Shown: piece after piece, positions 28,763 to 40,638 of the stretch
Numbering within the stretch: position 1 is the stretch's first letter
How the letters are laid out: each line of letters starts with the position of its first letter
From: an uncultured Phycisphaerales bacterium
GTDB lineage: Bacteria > Planctomycetota > Phycisphaerae > Tepidisphaerales > Tepidisphaeraceae
Direction: 5' to 3'
Assembly (NCBI GenBank): GCA_963755915.1
Contig: CAVWLP010000002.1
Coordinates: 480,001 to 544,000 of the forward strand
DNA: 64,000 nt
Translations under genes and position numbers: made by a program
Notes under the pieces: model-generated
Told to the model about the DNA's origin: nothing
Seen by the model: only the letters and a program-made list of their open reading frames with translations
Database searches by the model: none

Positions 28763-29563
28763 TCAGTCTTTCCTGAGCCCCTCCCGATACCGCCCATTCG
28801 GCGACTGCCCCCGCCGCCGAAGGAATTCCACCATCGTCTTCACCCGCGGGTTGAGCCCGTTCATCGTATCGAATTCCGCCATCGCCCTCGCCAGCGGACG
28901 TCGCTTATAAAACAGCCGCCGGCACGCAAGCTCCAGCTCCGCAATCTCCTCCTCTGAGAACCCCGCTCGAAGCAACCCCACCGTGTTGATCCCGCGCACC
29001 TTGTCCGCCCCGTCCACCTTCACATACGGCGGAACATCGTGGTGAATCCGCGCCGCCCCGCCGACATACGCATATTCGCCGATCGTCACGAAATGATGCA
29101 CCCCCGCGCCCCCCATCATGTTGACATGGCTCGCGCACGCAACGTGCCCCGCAATCATCACGTTATTCGCCAGAATGCATTCATCCGCAAACTGCGCATC
29201 GTGCCCGATGTGGCTGTTGGCCATGAACAGGTTGTTGTTCCCGATTCGCGTGCATTCATCGCCCCCCGCCGTGCCGATGTGAACGGTAACCCCCTCGCGA
29301 AAGATATTCCCTTGCCCGATCTCCAGCCGCGTCGGCTCGCCCCGGTATTTCTTATCCTGCGGCGCATCCCCAATCACCGCGTTGGGATGAAAAATATTGT
29401 CCCGCCCGATCTTCGTGCGCCCCACCACCACCACATGACTCAGCAGCCGGCACCCCTGCTCCAGCACCACGTCCCCACCCACGCGGCAAAACGGCCCAAT
29501 CTCCACATCCGAAGCGATGCACGCCTTCGGATCCACGCAACTCATCGGGGAAATCTTCGGCAT
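28763..29563 (-). CDS. lpxA: UDP-N-acetylglucosamine acyltransferase
   Basis: Hexapeptide repeats, G.APQDKKY.GE, REGVTVH.GT, HIGHD, LAN...AGH. Confidence 0.96.
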   Translation of the reverse strand: MPKISPMSCVDPKACIASDVEIGPFCRVGGDVVLEQGCRLLSHVVVVGRTKIGRDNIFHPNAVIGDAPQDKKYRGEPTRLEIGQGNIFREGVTVHIGTAGGDECTRIGNNNLFMANSHIGHDAQFADECILANNVMIAGHVACASHVNMMGGAGVHHFVTIGEYAYVGGAARIHHDVPPYVKVDGADKVRGINTVGLLRAGFSEEEIAELELACRRLFYKRRPLARAMAEFDTMNGLNPRVKTMVEFLRRRGQSPNGRYREGLRKD

Positions 29564-29597
29564 ATTCAGATCGCCCGCATTTCACCCGCAACTCGCA

Positions 29598-30932
29598 TCA
29601 AATCGGCTCCGCATCCACCAGCATGAACTTGATGTCCGCCTCCGCCGCCAGCTTCTCCCCAACGAATGCCTTGCAGCGAACGTGTCCCGTGCGGCTCTTC
29701 ACCCGCACGGTGACCGCCTCCAGCAACAAGCTGATCGCCCGGCACCACCGGGTGCCGCATCTTCACCTTGTCCATGCTCAGCAGCACCGCCAGCTTGCCG
29801 GTGTGCTCCAGCTTCTGGCTCAGCAGTATTCCGCCCAAGCTGTCCCATCGCCTCGACGATCAAAACGCCCGGCATGATCGGCGTCCCGGGATAATGCCCC
29901 TGGAAAAAAATATCGTTAAACGTGACGTTCTTGATCCCGATCGCCTTCTGATCCCCCTGAATCTCCAGCACGCGGTCCACCAGCAGCATCGGATACCGGT
30001 GCGGCAAAATCCGCTGGATTCGCCGGATGTCCAGCGCCGCGTCCCGATGGACCATCGAGGTGCGCGCCAGATCTCTCCTCCTGCTGCAACAGCCGCCGCA
30101 CCAGCATGTGATTCAGCTCATGCCCGCTCTTATGCGCCACCAGCCGTCCGTACACCGGCCGGCCCAGCAGATATAAATCGCCGATCAAATCCAGCACCTT
30201 GTGCCGCACGCATTCATCGTCAAACCGATATTCGTTGTCGATCGGCCCCTTGGGCGAAATCACCAGCAGATCGTGCGGCGTCAGATGCACTCCCATCCCC
30301 CGCGCCTGAAGCTCCTGCGCCTCGTGCTCGAAAACCCATGTCCGCGCCGGCGCAATCTGGGTCGCAAAATCCGTCGAGCCTTCCCCGCGCAACGTACAGC
30401 GATATATCTGCCGTCCCAGCGGCTCACCCGCCTCGAATTCGTACAGAATCTCCAAATGATCGCTCGGCCCCGGAAGCGCCGCCAGCGCCGCATCCCCGAT
30501 CGACACCTGCTCCGCCTTGCGGATCACCAGCGGATTCAGCGCCTCCGGCTGCTCCACCAGCCCCGCCTCCTCCAGCAATTCCACAAACGGCCGGCTCGAT
30601 CCATCCCCCGCCGGCAGCTCGCCAACCGTTCCCCCGCTCACCTTTACGATCGCATTATCAACTCCCATCCCGCTCAGCGCCGCCATGCAATGCTCAACGG
30701 TTTCGACCAGCAGCGTCCCATTTTTCAAACACGTCCGCCGCGGCCGCTTGAGAACATTTTGCACCAGCGCCCGAATCGCCGCCGTCTTCCCATCCTGTTC
30801 GCGGACAAACGTAATCCCCTGCCCCGGCCCGGCCGGAGTAAGAGTCACCGTCGCCGCTTCACCGGAGAACAGTCCCCTTCCGGAAAGGCTCACTTCCCTT
30901 CCGATCGTCTTTTGCTGTACCTGCTGCATCAA
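29598..30932 (-). CDS. lpxC-fabZ: Bifunctional LpxC/FabZ; several frameshifts (about 30070, 29835, 29720)
   Basis: [30 protein letters not shown]; then [36 protein letters not shown]; ends ..[11 protein letters not shown]. Confidence 0.92.
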
Positions 30933-31153
30933 TTTAAACCTGACTTGCTTCGGACGCCCCCTTTTCTCCCCACCCCTGGTAATCCGGGGGGGGTAAGGGT
31001 GGGGGGGCTTCCTTTGCCGTGGAAAAATCCGCGGCGAAGCCCAACGCGCAATAAAACAGTATAGCCAACAGGAAACATGAAACTAGAGACCCGGTCCTCG
31101 AAAAGTAAGGGCATTTTCTAACACCCGACCTTCGAGGCCGGGATCAGAATCCT

Positions 31154-31208
31154 GTAGAAGCGGCGTCCCGCCGCTTTTCCCGCCAAAGCGGCGGGACGCC
31201 GCTTCTAC
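31154..31208. repeat. GTAG-type REP doublet (REPIN-like)
   Basis: Perfect 24-bp inverted repeat GTAGAAGCGGCGTCCCGCCGCTTT / AAAGCGGCGGGACGCCGCTTCTAC. Confidence 0.85.
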
Positions 31209-31258
31209 CAATCCCCCTTGCAAACAAAATCCAAATAGTCCACCGTTATCAGTCCCTT

Positions 31259-32191
31259 ATGAAACCAAGACTGATCTGTTTCCTGCTCGTCTGCGTGGCC
31301 GCTCTTTCCGCCCAAGCACAAACCACCCGCCCCATCCCCCAAATCCACAAGGTCCTGATCATCAGCGTCGACGGCCTCCGTCCCGACCTCGCACTCCGCG
31401 CCGAAACACCCAACATTCACTCCCTCTTCGCCTCCGGCAGCTTCTCCTTCTGGGCCAACACCACCGCCGAGTCCGTCACCCTCCCATCCCACACCAGCAT
31501 GCTCACCGGCGTACCGCCGGTAAAGCACGGCCTCCAATGGAACAGCGATCTCCCCCTCCTCCATCCCGTTTATCCGATGTTCCCCACGATCTTCGAGCTG
31601 CCTAAACGCGCTGGCTACACCACTGCCATGGTTGCGGGAAAGGCCAAGTTCATCAATATCGCGAAGCCAGGAACCCTCGATTGGGAATATGTTCCAGCCG
31701 AGTCGAAGATCGACGATCCAGACGTCACTGCCCAAGCCGTCGGGATCATTCTCAAACATTCTCCCGACGTCATGTTTGTCCATCTCCCCGGCGTCGATAA
31801 CGCGGGCCACGCTTTCGGTTGGTCCAGCCCCCAGCAGATGACCGCGATTGCATTGGCCGACCAGTGCATCGGTACGATCCTCGCCGCCATCGACATGCGA
31901 AATCTCCGCGGCCAGACCTTCATCCTCGTCACCTCCGACCACGGCGGCGCCGGCCTTTCCCACGGCCCCGACGACCCCCGAAGCCGGCACATCCCCTGGA
32001 TCGCCGTCGGCCCGGGCATCCGCCGCGGACTCGACCTCACCATCTACGCCGACCTCACCATTAACACCGAAGACACCTTCTCCACCGTCGCCTACCTCCT
32101 CGGGATTCCCGTGATCCAAAAAGTTGACGGCCACCCCGTGATGCAAATCATCGACCGCTCAAACCAGGAACTCCTCCGGGCAAAACCGTGA
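31259..32191 (+). CDS. Alkaline phosphatase superfamily (nucleotide pyrophosphatase/phosphodiesterase), exported
   Basis: ISVDGLRPD, TLPSHTSMLTG, D.AGH, TSDHGG. Confidence 0.9.
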   Translation: MKPRLICFLLVCVAALSAQAQTTRPIPQIHKVLIISVDGLRPDLALRAETPNIHSLFASGSFSFWANTTAESVTLPSHTSMLTGVPPVKHGLQWNSDLPLLHPVYPMFPTIFELPKRAGYTTAMVAGKAKFINIAKPGTLDWEYVPAESKIDDPDVTAQAVGIILKHSPDVMFVHLPGVDNAGHAFGWSSPQQMTAIALADQCIGTILAAIDMRNLRGQTFILVTSDHGGAGLSHGPDDPRSRHIPWIAVGPGIRRGLDLTIYADLTINTEDTFSTVAYLLGIPVIQKVDGHPVMQIIDRSNQELLRAKP

Positions 32192-32302
32192 GAAGAGATT
32201 GCCAATTGCCAATTGCCAAATGCCAATTGCCGAATGACGGAGAAAAGCCGCATTTCAATTCGGCATTTGGCATTCGGCATTCGGCATTGATAATGATCAT
32301 CC

Positions 32303-32686
32303 ATGTCTGTCATCGGCCACGGCATCGACCTCGTCGAAATCGAGCGAATCCGCCACCTCCACGCCGAGCACGGCCAGCACTTCCTCGACCGCGTCTTCAC
32401 CCCCGCCGAACAGCAATATTGCGCCCAAAACCCCAAGCGCTATTTCGAGCACCTCGCCGGCCGATTCGCCGCCAAAGAAGCGGTCCTGAAAGTCCTCGGC
32501 ACCGGCTGGCGCGGCGGCATTTCCTGGACCGACATCGACGTCACCCGCGACCACGCCGGCCGGCCCGGCATCCAACTCACCGGTGAATCCGCCAAAATGG
32601 CCGCCCAACTCGGCATCAAACATTGGCTCATCAGCATCACCCACGTCCAAACCCACGCCATGGCCAGCGCCATTGGCACCGAATAA
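32303..32686 (+). CDS. acpS: Holo-ACP synthase
   Basis: G.GIDLVE, FT..E, LAGRFAAKEA..K.LGTG, SITH. Confidence 0.96.
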   Translation: MSVIGHGIDLVEIERIRHLHAEHGQHFLDRVFTPAEQQYCAQNPKRYFEHLAGRFAAKEAVLKVLGTGWRGGISWTDIDVTRDHAGRPGIQLTGESAKMAAQLGIKHWLISITHVQTHAMASAIGTE

Positions 32687-32707
32687 ACCCCCACCCAGCG
32701 AGGAATC

Positions 32708-34615
32708 ATGAAATCGCTCTCCCCGAAGGCACTTATCCTGATCGTTGCAGCAATCGCTTGCTTATCCACACCGATTCCAACCCGCGCCGACGGCAATTTC
32801 AAGAATTTCTCCGTCGCCGTATACATCCCCGTCGCCATCACCCGGCAAATGAAAGACCTCCGCTAGCTCCAGCAGCACTGGAGCCACATCTCCTCCCAGC
32901 TCCACGTGGACAAGGTCTACATCGAAACCTATCGCAGCCGCCAGATCGCCGATGAGGATTCCATCGAGCCGATCAAAAAATTCTTCACCGATCAGGGCAT
33001 CCGCGTCGCCGGTGGGCTGGCGCTTCAGGATATCAGCCAGGCCGGCCAGTTCCGCTCCTTCTCCTACGCCGATCCCGATGATCGCAAATATATCCAAAGC
33101 GTCGTCGAACTCACCGCCCGGCACTTCAACGAAATCATCCTCGACGATTTCTACTTCTACAGCACCAAGACCGACGCCGACATTTCCGCCAAAGGCGATC
33201 GAACCTGGACCGACTACCGCCTCGCCGCAATGGACGATGCTTCCCAAAACCTCCTCATAAAACCCGCCCGCGCGGTAAACCCCAACGTCAGAATCATCAT
33301 CAAGTTCCCGAACTGGTACGAACACTTCCAGGGCTTGGGATACGATCTGGCCCGCGAGCCGCAGATTTTTGACGGCATCTTTACCGGCACCGAAACGCGC
33401 GACCCCCTCTTCACCGAGCAGCATCTCCAGGCTTATGAGAGCTACAATATCGTGCGCTATTTCGACAACATCGCCCCGGATCGCAACGGCGGAGGCTGGA
33501 TCGACACCTTCGACGTCAAAACCATCGATCGCTATGCCGAGCAGTTGTGGGACACCGCTTTCGCCAAGCCGCGCGAAATCATGCTCTTCAACTTCGCCGC
33601 CCTCGAGCAGCCCACCGCCCCCGGCAACCGCGACCAGTGGCAGGACCTCCCCACCAGCTTCAACTATTCCCAGTTCGCTGCCGCCAACCGGCAGATCACC
33701 GCCCCTCCCCCACCCACCATGGCCAAAGCCGCAGACTATTCCCTCCGCCAGGTCGACGCCTTTCTCGGCCAACTCGGCAATCCCATCGGCCTCCAAAGCT
33801 ATCGCCCGCCTCACGCCACCGGCGAAGACTATCTCCACAACTACCTTGGCATGATCGGCATCCCCATCGATCTCCATCCCGATTTCCCCACCGACGCCCC
33901 AACCATCCTCCTCACCGAATCCGCAAAGTTCGACCCCGACATCGTCCAAAAAATCAAATCCCAACTCACCGCCGGAAAATCGGTCGTCATAACCTCCGGC
34001 CTCCTGCACGCCCTCCAGGACAGAGGCATCGACGACATCTGCGAGCTGCGCTGCACCGACCGCAAAGCAATCATCACCGATTTCCAGGGCCCGCGCGGCC
34101 GCCCGCTCGGCCATGTCTCCCGCCCCGCCGGCATCCTCATCCCACAGATCGACTTCCTCACCAACGACGCCTGGATGCTCCTCACCGGTATTGCCAACGG
34201 AAACGGCTATCCAATCCTGCTCATGAACCGCTATTCAACCGGAATCCTTTACGTCCTGACAATCCCCGACAATTTCGCCGACCTGTACGATTTCCCCCCC
34301 GAAGCCCTCGCCCCAATTCGCCGAGCCCTCCTGGCCAATTTCCCCGCAATCCTCAACGCCCCCAGCCAGGTAAGTCTTTTCGCCTATGACAACAACACCT
34401 TCATCGCCGAGTCCTATCTCCCAACCCCCTCCTACGCCACCCTCGAACTCACCTCCCCCGCAGCCCGCCTCCGCGACCTCCAAACCAACTGGATCATCAC
34501 CGGCCACCCCAACATTGCCCCATCCCCGACCTCCCGACCTTCAGCACCCCCCAGAACCCTCTTCTCATTCCAGCTCCCCCCGCATTCCTACGAGGCCTTT
34601 TCTGCCGAGCCGTAA
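32708..34615 (+). CDS. Exported hypothetical protein (possibly glycoside hydrolase-like) with in-frame TAG at 32864-32866
   Basis: AGGA-preceded ATG and signal peptide in frame with the 32906..34615 ORF; EIILDDF, IIKFPNWYEH. Confidence 0.65.
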
Positions 34616-34931
34616 GGAAATACCGACTGCGAATTTCCAATGAAAATTAGCGAGGGTTCCATCCAAAGCTGGCGCTCCTCGCCGTCATTTTCGTTTAGAA
34701 AACGCCATATATCGCCTGGAATTTGGGGTTTCCTGTCTACCGGCTTCAGACCGTTAAGAAAAGGTAAAGAGGGTGGAGGGGGTGCGGGGGAGGCGGGAGA
34801 AAGAGCTTTGAATAAATGGGCCGTCTCCCGCCTCCCCTGCATCGCATTCGCATTTAAAGAGACCACCGACTTTCACCCGAATTCAAATCGCACCCCCGCC
34901 CTAAGGTACTCCGGCAGCGACATCTTTTTGC

Positions 34932-34960
34932 TTGATTGCCTTTAAAGACCGGGGTAGACT
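34932..34960 (+). promoter_or_regulatory. Sigma70-like promoter of the RRM gene
   Basis: TTGATT-17 nt-TAGACT. Confidence 0.55.
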
Positions 34961-35137
34961 ACGGTTCTTAGGTGGCGGGTTAGTCGATCGGCCTCAGGAA
35001 AGCGTCTCGTGCATTGTCTCTCCTCCGTGTCCGTTTTATCCCTCCCGCAATGGTTGCTTATGCAGCCTCTTTCGATTTGGCCCGGAAAGAACCAATGACC
35101 TCGGGCTTTTGGTCTACCCATTCAAAGGAGATTCCAA

Positions 35138-35545
35138 ATGGGTAAGAAGTTGTATGTGGGTAACCTGAGCTACAGCGTGGATAGCTCGGAACTCGAACAG
35201 TTATTCGCCCAGCACGGGCAGGTGGTTTCCGCACAAATCATCAACGACCGGGACACCGGCCGCAGCAAGGGCTTCGGGTTCGTCGAAATGGCGACCGACC
35301 AGGAAGCAACCGCGGCGGTTACGGCCCTCAACGGCCAACAGCACAACGGCCGCGCCCTCACCGTCAATGAAGCGCGCCCACGCGAAGAACGCAGTGGCGG
35401 CGGCGGCGGTGGCGGTCGCGGATTCGGCGGCGGTGGTGGTGGTGGACGCGGCTTCGGTGGCGGCGGCGGCGGTGGACGCGGCGGCTACGGCGGCGGTGGT
35501 GGACGCGGAGACCGCGGCGACCGCGGAAATCGCGACCGCTACTAA
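35138..35545 (+). CDS. RRM RNA-binding protein with Gly/Arg-rich tail
   Basis: RNP2 LYVGNL, RNP1 [24 protein letters not shown]. Confidence 0.96.
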   Translation: MGKKLYVGNLSYSVDSSELEQLFAQHGQVVSAQIINDRDTGRSKGFGFVEMATDQEATAAVTALNGQQHNGRALTVNEARPREERSGGGGGGGRGFGGGGGGGRGFGGGGGGGRGGYGGGGGRGDRGDRGNRDRY

Positions 35546-35572
35546 TCCCCTCCCCCAAAATCTTGAATAGCC

Positions 35573-35603
35573 AAAAACCCTCGCAACCCTCGCGAGGGTT
35601 TTT
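35573..35603. terminator. Bidirectional intrinsic terminator
   Basis: AAAAACCCTCGC-7 nt-GCGAGGGTTTTT between convergent genes. Confidence 0.8.
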
Positions 35604-35635
35604 GCTTTCCGCTCTTTTGTCCTTGTCGCCGATTT

Positions 35636-37496
35636 CTAAACGTCAATCGCGACGTTTCCCACCGGCTTTGACTGACAGGCGAGAATAAAACCATGCTCCC
35701 TGTCGCAATCACTTAGACCCTCATCCACGTCCATCTGAACATTACCCGACAAAAGTTTCACCTTGCACCGTCCGCAGATTCCAGCCAGGCAGCCTCGATC
35801 GATCCCCACTCCGGCAAGATACGCGGCATCAAGAACCGTTTCTCCCGCGTGCACCGGCGCCGACTTTCCCAACTCCGCAAACGTCACTGAGCCAACCACC
35901 GAACCCCCATTATTCGCATGAGCAAGTGTCGTTGTCTTCGGCGCCGCTCCCCCAAACGCCTCCGACCGAATCTGATCGTCCGCCACCCCCGCGTCCCGGA
36001 GCATCCGCTTCACATCATTGGCCATCTCAATCGGGCCACAAATATGCACCCGTCGTCCCTTCGAGCCATTCAGCACCTTGCCAAGTAACTCCATGGAAAT
36101 CCGCCCTCGCGAACCCGACCATTCACCCGGTGGCTCCTGCGTCAACGTCGTCACCACCCGCAAATTGGCGCCCTTTTCGGCGAGCGATTTCAATTCCTCC
36201 CGAAAGATAATCTCCCGCTCGGTCCTGGCGCAATAGACCAGGTCTATTTTGCCCGGCCATTGCCGATCCGTCAGATAGCGAATCACAGACATGAGCGGCG
36301 TAATCCCCACCCCCGCCCCCACGAGCACGATCGAATCCGCCTCCTCCCCCGTAAACGTAAACCGCCCGCCCGGCCCCGAAACGCCAACCTCCATCCCCTG
36401 CCTGAGATGTTCATGCAAATGGCGCGATACGGTTCCCGCCTGCTCGCGCTTGACGGTGATTTCGCAATACTCCCTGCATGTCGGCGACGAAGCGATCGTG
36501 TAACACCGCCGATGCAGAACTCCATCGATCATGACTTCCACGTTCAAAAACTGCCCCGGCAGGAAGGCGAACGGAAGTTTCTCCCCGTCGATGGGCGACA
36601 GCCGAAACGTCCGCACAGACGGCGTGCAGTCAGACACACCCGCCACCCGAAGCCTCCCGCTCCAACGCCCCGGTTGCGGAATGCCCGCCGCAACCGCCGG
36701 CGCCTGCGGCTGGCCTATCCGACCGATCAACTCAATTTTGTCCCCAACGCTCAGAATGCCGGACGGCTTCAGATCAACCAATCGTGTATTTATCGCCAGC
36801 CGATAGTAATGATTGAATCGCGAAGATTCCGCCCACTCCGGCAAATACTTCCGCCGCAGCTCCACAAACTTCTTCGCAAAGTCAGGAACGCTCATCCCCG
36901 TCAGCGGGTCCCGCGCCGGAACCACACATCGCTGGCACGGATTAATTCCGTCGAAAACGATCTCACCAATCCTGAATCGCACCGTAACCCCGCGCTGACC
37001 ATACAACTGATCCTCCCAGAACGGCGGAACCCCATCCACTTCAAGATTGGTCCGAAACCGCGCCCGGGTTTGCTCGAGCGGCAGGTTAAACCATTCCGAA
37101 ATCGCGCAGCGTCGCCGTGCTGATCAGGGTCGGACCCGGAGAATCCGTATCGTCCGGAAAACCGGCGCCAACATTTTCCCGAAACGACACCGTAAACCCG
37201 AAGAATTCCCCCAACCACGCTTCCAGCGCATCGCGCTGCGAAAAAATATGAAACGTGTTCGATTTGTCGTCTTCGCCAACCGCGAGCTTCAACGTCTGAC
37301 TCACCGGATCGAATGCCGATCGCAACAGGTGAACGCGCGGATTTCGCTTGCCATTGACGTACTGACCCGATCCATCAAAAATCGCAAACCGCCGATCGTC
37401 CGCCAGGGCGCCGGTGGGAAGCACCCTCGCCGAATCGACGGAAACGCCATCGAGCGACTTGATGGGGTAAACGAAGATGCGCGACAAATACGCCAT
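35636..37496 (-). CDS. MOSC (YcbX/mARC-like) + FAD/NAD(P) reductase + 2Fe-2S fusion; frameshift near 37105
   Basis: IFVYPIKSLDG, DRRFA (MOSC_N); NPCQRCVVP; PGQF, RCYTIAS, GAGVGITP, ICGP; C..G.CG.C...C. Confidence 0.85.
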
Positions 37497-37519
37497 CGCC
37501 AGCATCGAAATATACTAAA

Positions 37520-37542
37520 ATATTTGCCATCACGGCAAATAT
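37520..37542. promoter_or_regulatory. Palindromic candidate operator in divergent intergenic region
   Basis: ATATTTGCC-5 nt-GGCAAATAT. Confidence 0.5.
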
Positions 37543-37595
37543 ACTTGATCGCAATCCGCTAAAGTTGTCTAATAGGCAACGCAATTGGCCCCAAA

Positions 37596-37997
37596 ATGGC
37601 GAAATCACCAACCATTCGCATTGCCGCCGCGATCATCAACAATACCCAGGGCCACACGCTTCTGGTGCGCAAACTCGGCACCCAGACGTTTATCCAGCCA
37701 GGGGGTAAGATCAATCCAAACGAGACGCCCCTCGACGCCCTTCATCGCGAGCTTGGGGAAGAATTGAACTGCACTCCATTACGAACGCGATTCTGCGGAC
37801 ACTTTTCCGCGCCCGCCGTCAATGAGCCGCAGCACCTCGTCGAAGCGGCGATTTATTTCGTCGACATCGAAGGCTCCGTCGCGCCCGCCTCTGAAATCGC
37901 CGAAATCGCCTGGGTCGATCCCAAAAACCCCGGCGACCTCCAAATCGCCCCGCTGACCCGCGACCATGTTTTGCCGTTGGCTCAATCGGAATCTTAA
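37596..37997 (+). CDS. NUDIX hydrolase
   Basis: LLVRK, PGGK....E...AL.REL.EEL Nudix box. Confidence 0.92.
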   Translation: MAKSPTIRIAAAIINNTQGHTLLVRKLGTQTFIQPGGKINPNETPLDALHRELGEELNCTPLRTRFCGHFSAPAVNEPQHLVEAAIYFVDIEGSVAPASEIAEIAWVDPKNPGDLQIAPLTRDHVLPLAQSES

Positions 37998-38130
37998 TAC
38001 CGCGTTAGCGCCAACGACAACGTCCTTAACACCACTCGCCTTCGCCGCTAAAGTGAGCCATCAAAACGTCCTCGCCGTGTGGACGGAACAATCCGATTTT
38101 GCCATCGCCAAAAACCAAATGGGGACCAAA

Positions 38131-39490
38131 ATGCAATTTTCTCGCGCGATCTCCAAACCCTCCTCGTATTGCGCTCTCGCTGCGAAGCTTGCGACGCTCG
38201 CCGCCCTCAGCCTCTTCGCCTTCTCCACGATCGCCCCCGCCCAAACGGATGATTCCACCGAATTGCGCAAAGGCGCCGCCGCCATGGGCGACTTCTCCGC
38301 CGACGCGCCCGGCGTTCGCCGCGTCATCACCGTCGCCGATCTCCCAGCGCCCTACGCCACGCCCTCCGCTCGAGAAATGGCTTTCATCGTCCGCCGACCT
38401 GACGGCGTTCTGCCCAAAGCTCCCCCTGGATTCACCGTCGATCTCCTGGCCGCGGGCCTCCGCAATCCGCGAAAAATCATCACCGCCCCCAACGGCGATA
38501 TCTTCGTCGCCGAAAGCAGCGCCAATCGCGTCAGCGTCCTCCATCCCAACGCCGATGGAACGATCGCCGAAAAACACGTCTTCGCCGCCGATCTCCAACA
38601 GCCGTTTGGCATTGCGTTCTATCCACCGGGGCCGAATCCGCAGTACGTTTACATTGCCAACACCGGTTCCGTCGTGCGCTATCCGTACCAGAATGGCGAC
38701 ACCACCGCCCGCGCCGCCCAGGAGATGATCGTCCCGGACATCCCCAGCGGCGGCCGCCTGACCGGTGGCGGACACTGGACCCGCGACGTCGTCTTTTCCC
38801 TTGACGGCTCCAAAATGTTCGTCTCCGTCGGCTCCCATTCCAATGTCGACGATAACCCCGTCGCAGAAAAAAATCGCGCCGATATCCTGCAATTTAATCC
38901 CGATGGAACCGGCTTCCGCATCTTTGCCTCCGGCATTCGCAACGCCGTCGGCCTCGCCATCGATCCGAACAGTGGAATTCTCTGGGCCTCCGTCAACGAG
39001 CGTGACGAGCTCGGCGACAACGTCCCGCCGGACTACATCACCCACATCCAGGACAACGGATTCTACGGCTGGCCGTGGTACTACATCGGCAACCACCAGG
39101 ACCCGCGCCATGCCGGCGCTCATCCCGAACTGGCAGACAAGGTCATCGTCCCCGACGTGCTCATCCAGACCCACTCCGCCTCCCTCTGCATCACCTTCTA
39201 CGAAGCCACCCAATTCCCCCGCAAATTCAGCGGCTTTGCCTTCGCGGCCGAGCACGGCTCCTGGAACCGCTCCCTGCGAACGGGATACAAAGTCATCTGC
39301 GTCCCCATGAAAGACGGCAAATCCGACGGCGGTGAATACGACGATTTCCTAACCGGCTTCGTCACCGACTCCGGCGACGTCTGGGGCCGCCCCGTCGGCG
39401 TTACCGTCGACAGCCAGGGCTCCCTCCTCGTCAGCGACGATGGATCGAACAGCATTTGGCGCGTCCGCTACACCGGCGCCCGGGGGCTAA
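38131..39490 (+). CDS. Sorbosone dehydrogenase-like (PQQ sugar dehydrogenase family), exported; likely stop TAA 39488-39490 after an indel
   Basis: GHWTR, SVGS.SN, GIRNAVG, VNERD.LGDN.PPDY, YGWP, HGSWNR, GRPVG, VSDD. Confidence 0.88.
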
Positions 39491-39496
39491 TCGAAA

Positions 39497-40445
39497 ATGA
39501 ACAATCCCCGCGCCCGCGCGTTTACCCTGATCGAGCTTCTTGTCGTGATCGGCATCATTGCCGTTCTGCTGGGGATTCTCCTGCCTGTTATCAGCCGGGC
39601 CAGGCAGCAGGCGGACTCCATCAAGTGCATGTCGAACCTTCGCCAGATCGGACAGGCGCTGATCGCCTATTCCATCGACCATGACGGAATCGTCGTCCCC
39701 GCATATAACGTCCCCTGGCTCCCCGGCGCAACCACCAACTACACCTGTTTCGGCGCCCCTCAGGCGATGGACGGCTGGGCCGCCATCCTCGACCGCGACG
39801 GATACACGCGCGAACCCGCTCAATCGAGCAACTCTGTTTTCTATTGCCCCTTCACCACCGACAACGACGGCATGGCCCAGGGCCCAACGGGAACCGCCTA
39901 CCAAAATTCCCGCGGCTGGATCGAATGGCCCATGGAATTCCCCGGGCCCACCGGCGGTGATGACGATCCCCAGATTCCCCTCACCATCCCCACGCTCGGC
40001 TTCAACAAGATCATCCGCTGTAGCTATTGGATCAACGCCTTCAACCCCGTCGGACCGCCCTCGAGCCCCTTGCCCAATCTGAGCCAAAAGGATGTCTACT
40101 ACACCAACGAGGTCGGCTGGGGGCCCGACATCAACGGCCAGTTCATGCTCCCGCACAAAGTTTCCGCGATCAAGCATTCCTCCCGCCTGATCGTCGCTGC
40201 CGACGGGGTATTTACCGGCGCAGCCTGACGACCGCCTCGGGCAGACCAACTGCGACATCGGCTACCGGCATCATGGGGATCATGGCGATTCGACCGTTGC
40301 CAACGTCGCCTTCGCGGACGGGCATGTTGAATCCATCGACGGCAACGACTTCCCGCAGCAGAAGTCCACATCTAATCCGCTCGCCGCGGAGGAGAACCTC
40401 TCTGGGCCTACGCTGTACGAGGATCCGGAGGCGATCTTTCAATAG
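39497..40445 (+). CDS. Prepilin-type N-terminal / H-X9-DG (DUF1559-like) protein; frameshift near 40220
   Basis: [29 protein letters not shown]; in other frame GYRH...[11 protein letters not shown]. Confidence 0.88.
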
Positions 40446-40638
40446 CGCAATGCTGGATTCGGCAGGGGTTTGCGGGTGATGCGGTCCGGCAAATTTTACA
40501 TAATTTTACATTTTTTTACGTTTTCGGCGACTTTTGTTAGTATATGCTATCTTACGCTTGGGAAAGATCGGTTGTTTAACGGATGATAAACAAATCGGAG
40601 GATATTTTGCTTGACTTTTGTACGGTATCTGTTAGGAT

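Noticed and set aside
32864..32866. Amber recoding (pyrrolysine or alternative code)
   Set aside because: TAG terminates ordinary genes here (gatB, lactonase); no pyl genes; error or nonsense mutation is simpler.
35395..35505. GGC/GGT repeat tract
   Set aside because: Encodes the normal glycine-rich tail of the RRM protein.
39480..39684. Dehydrogenase C-terminal extension overlapping the prepilin-like gene
   Set aside because: Likely indel in the G-run at 39482-39486; TAA at 39488 sits just before the next ATG.
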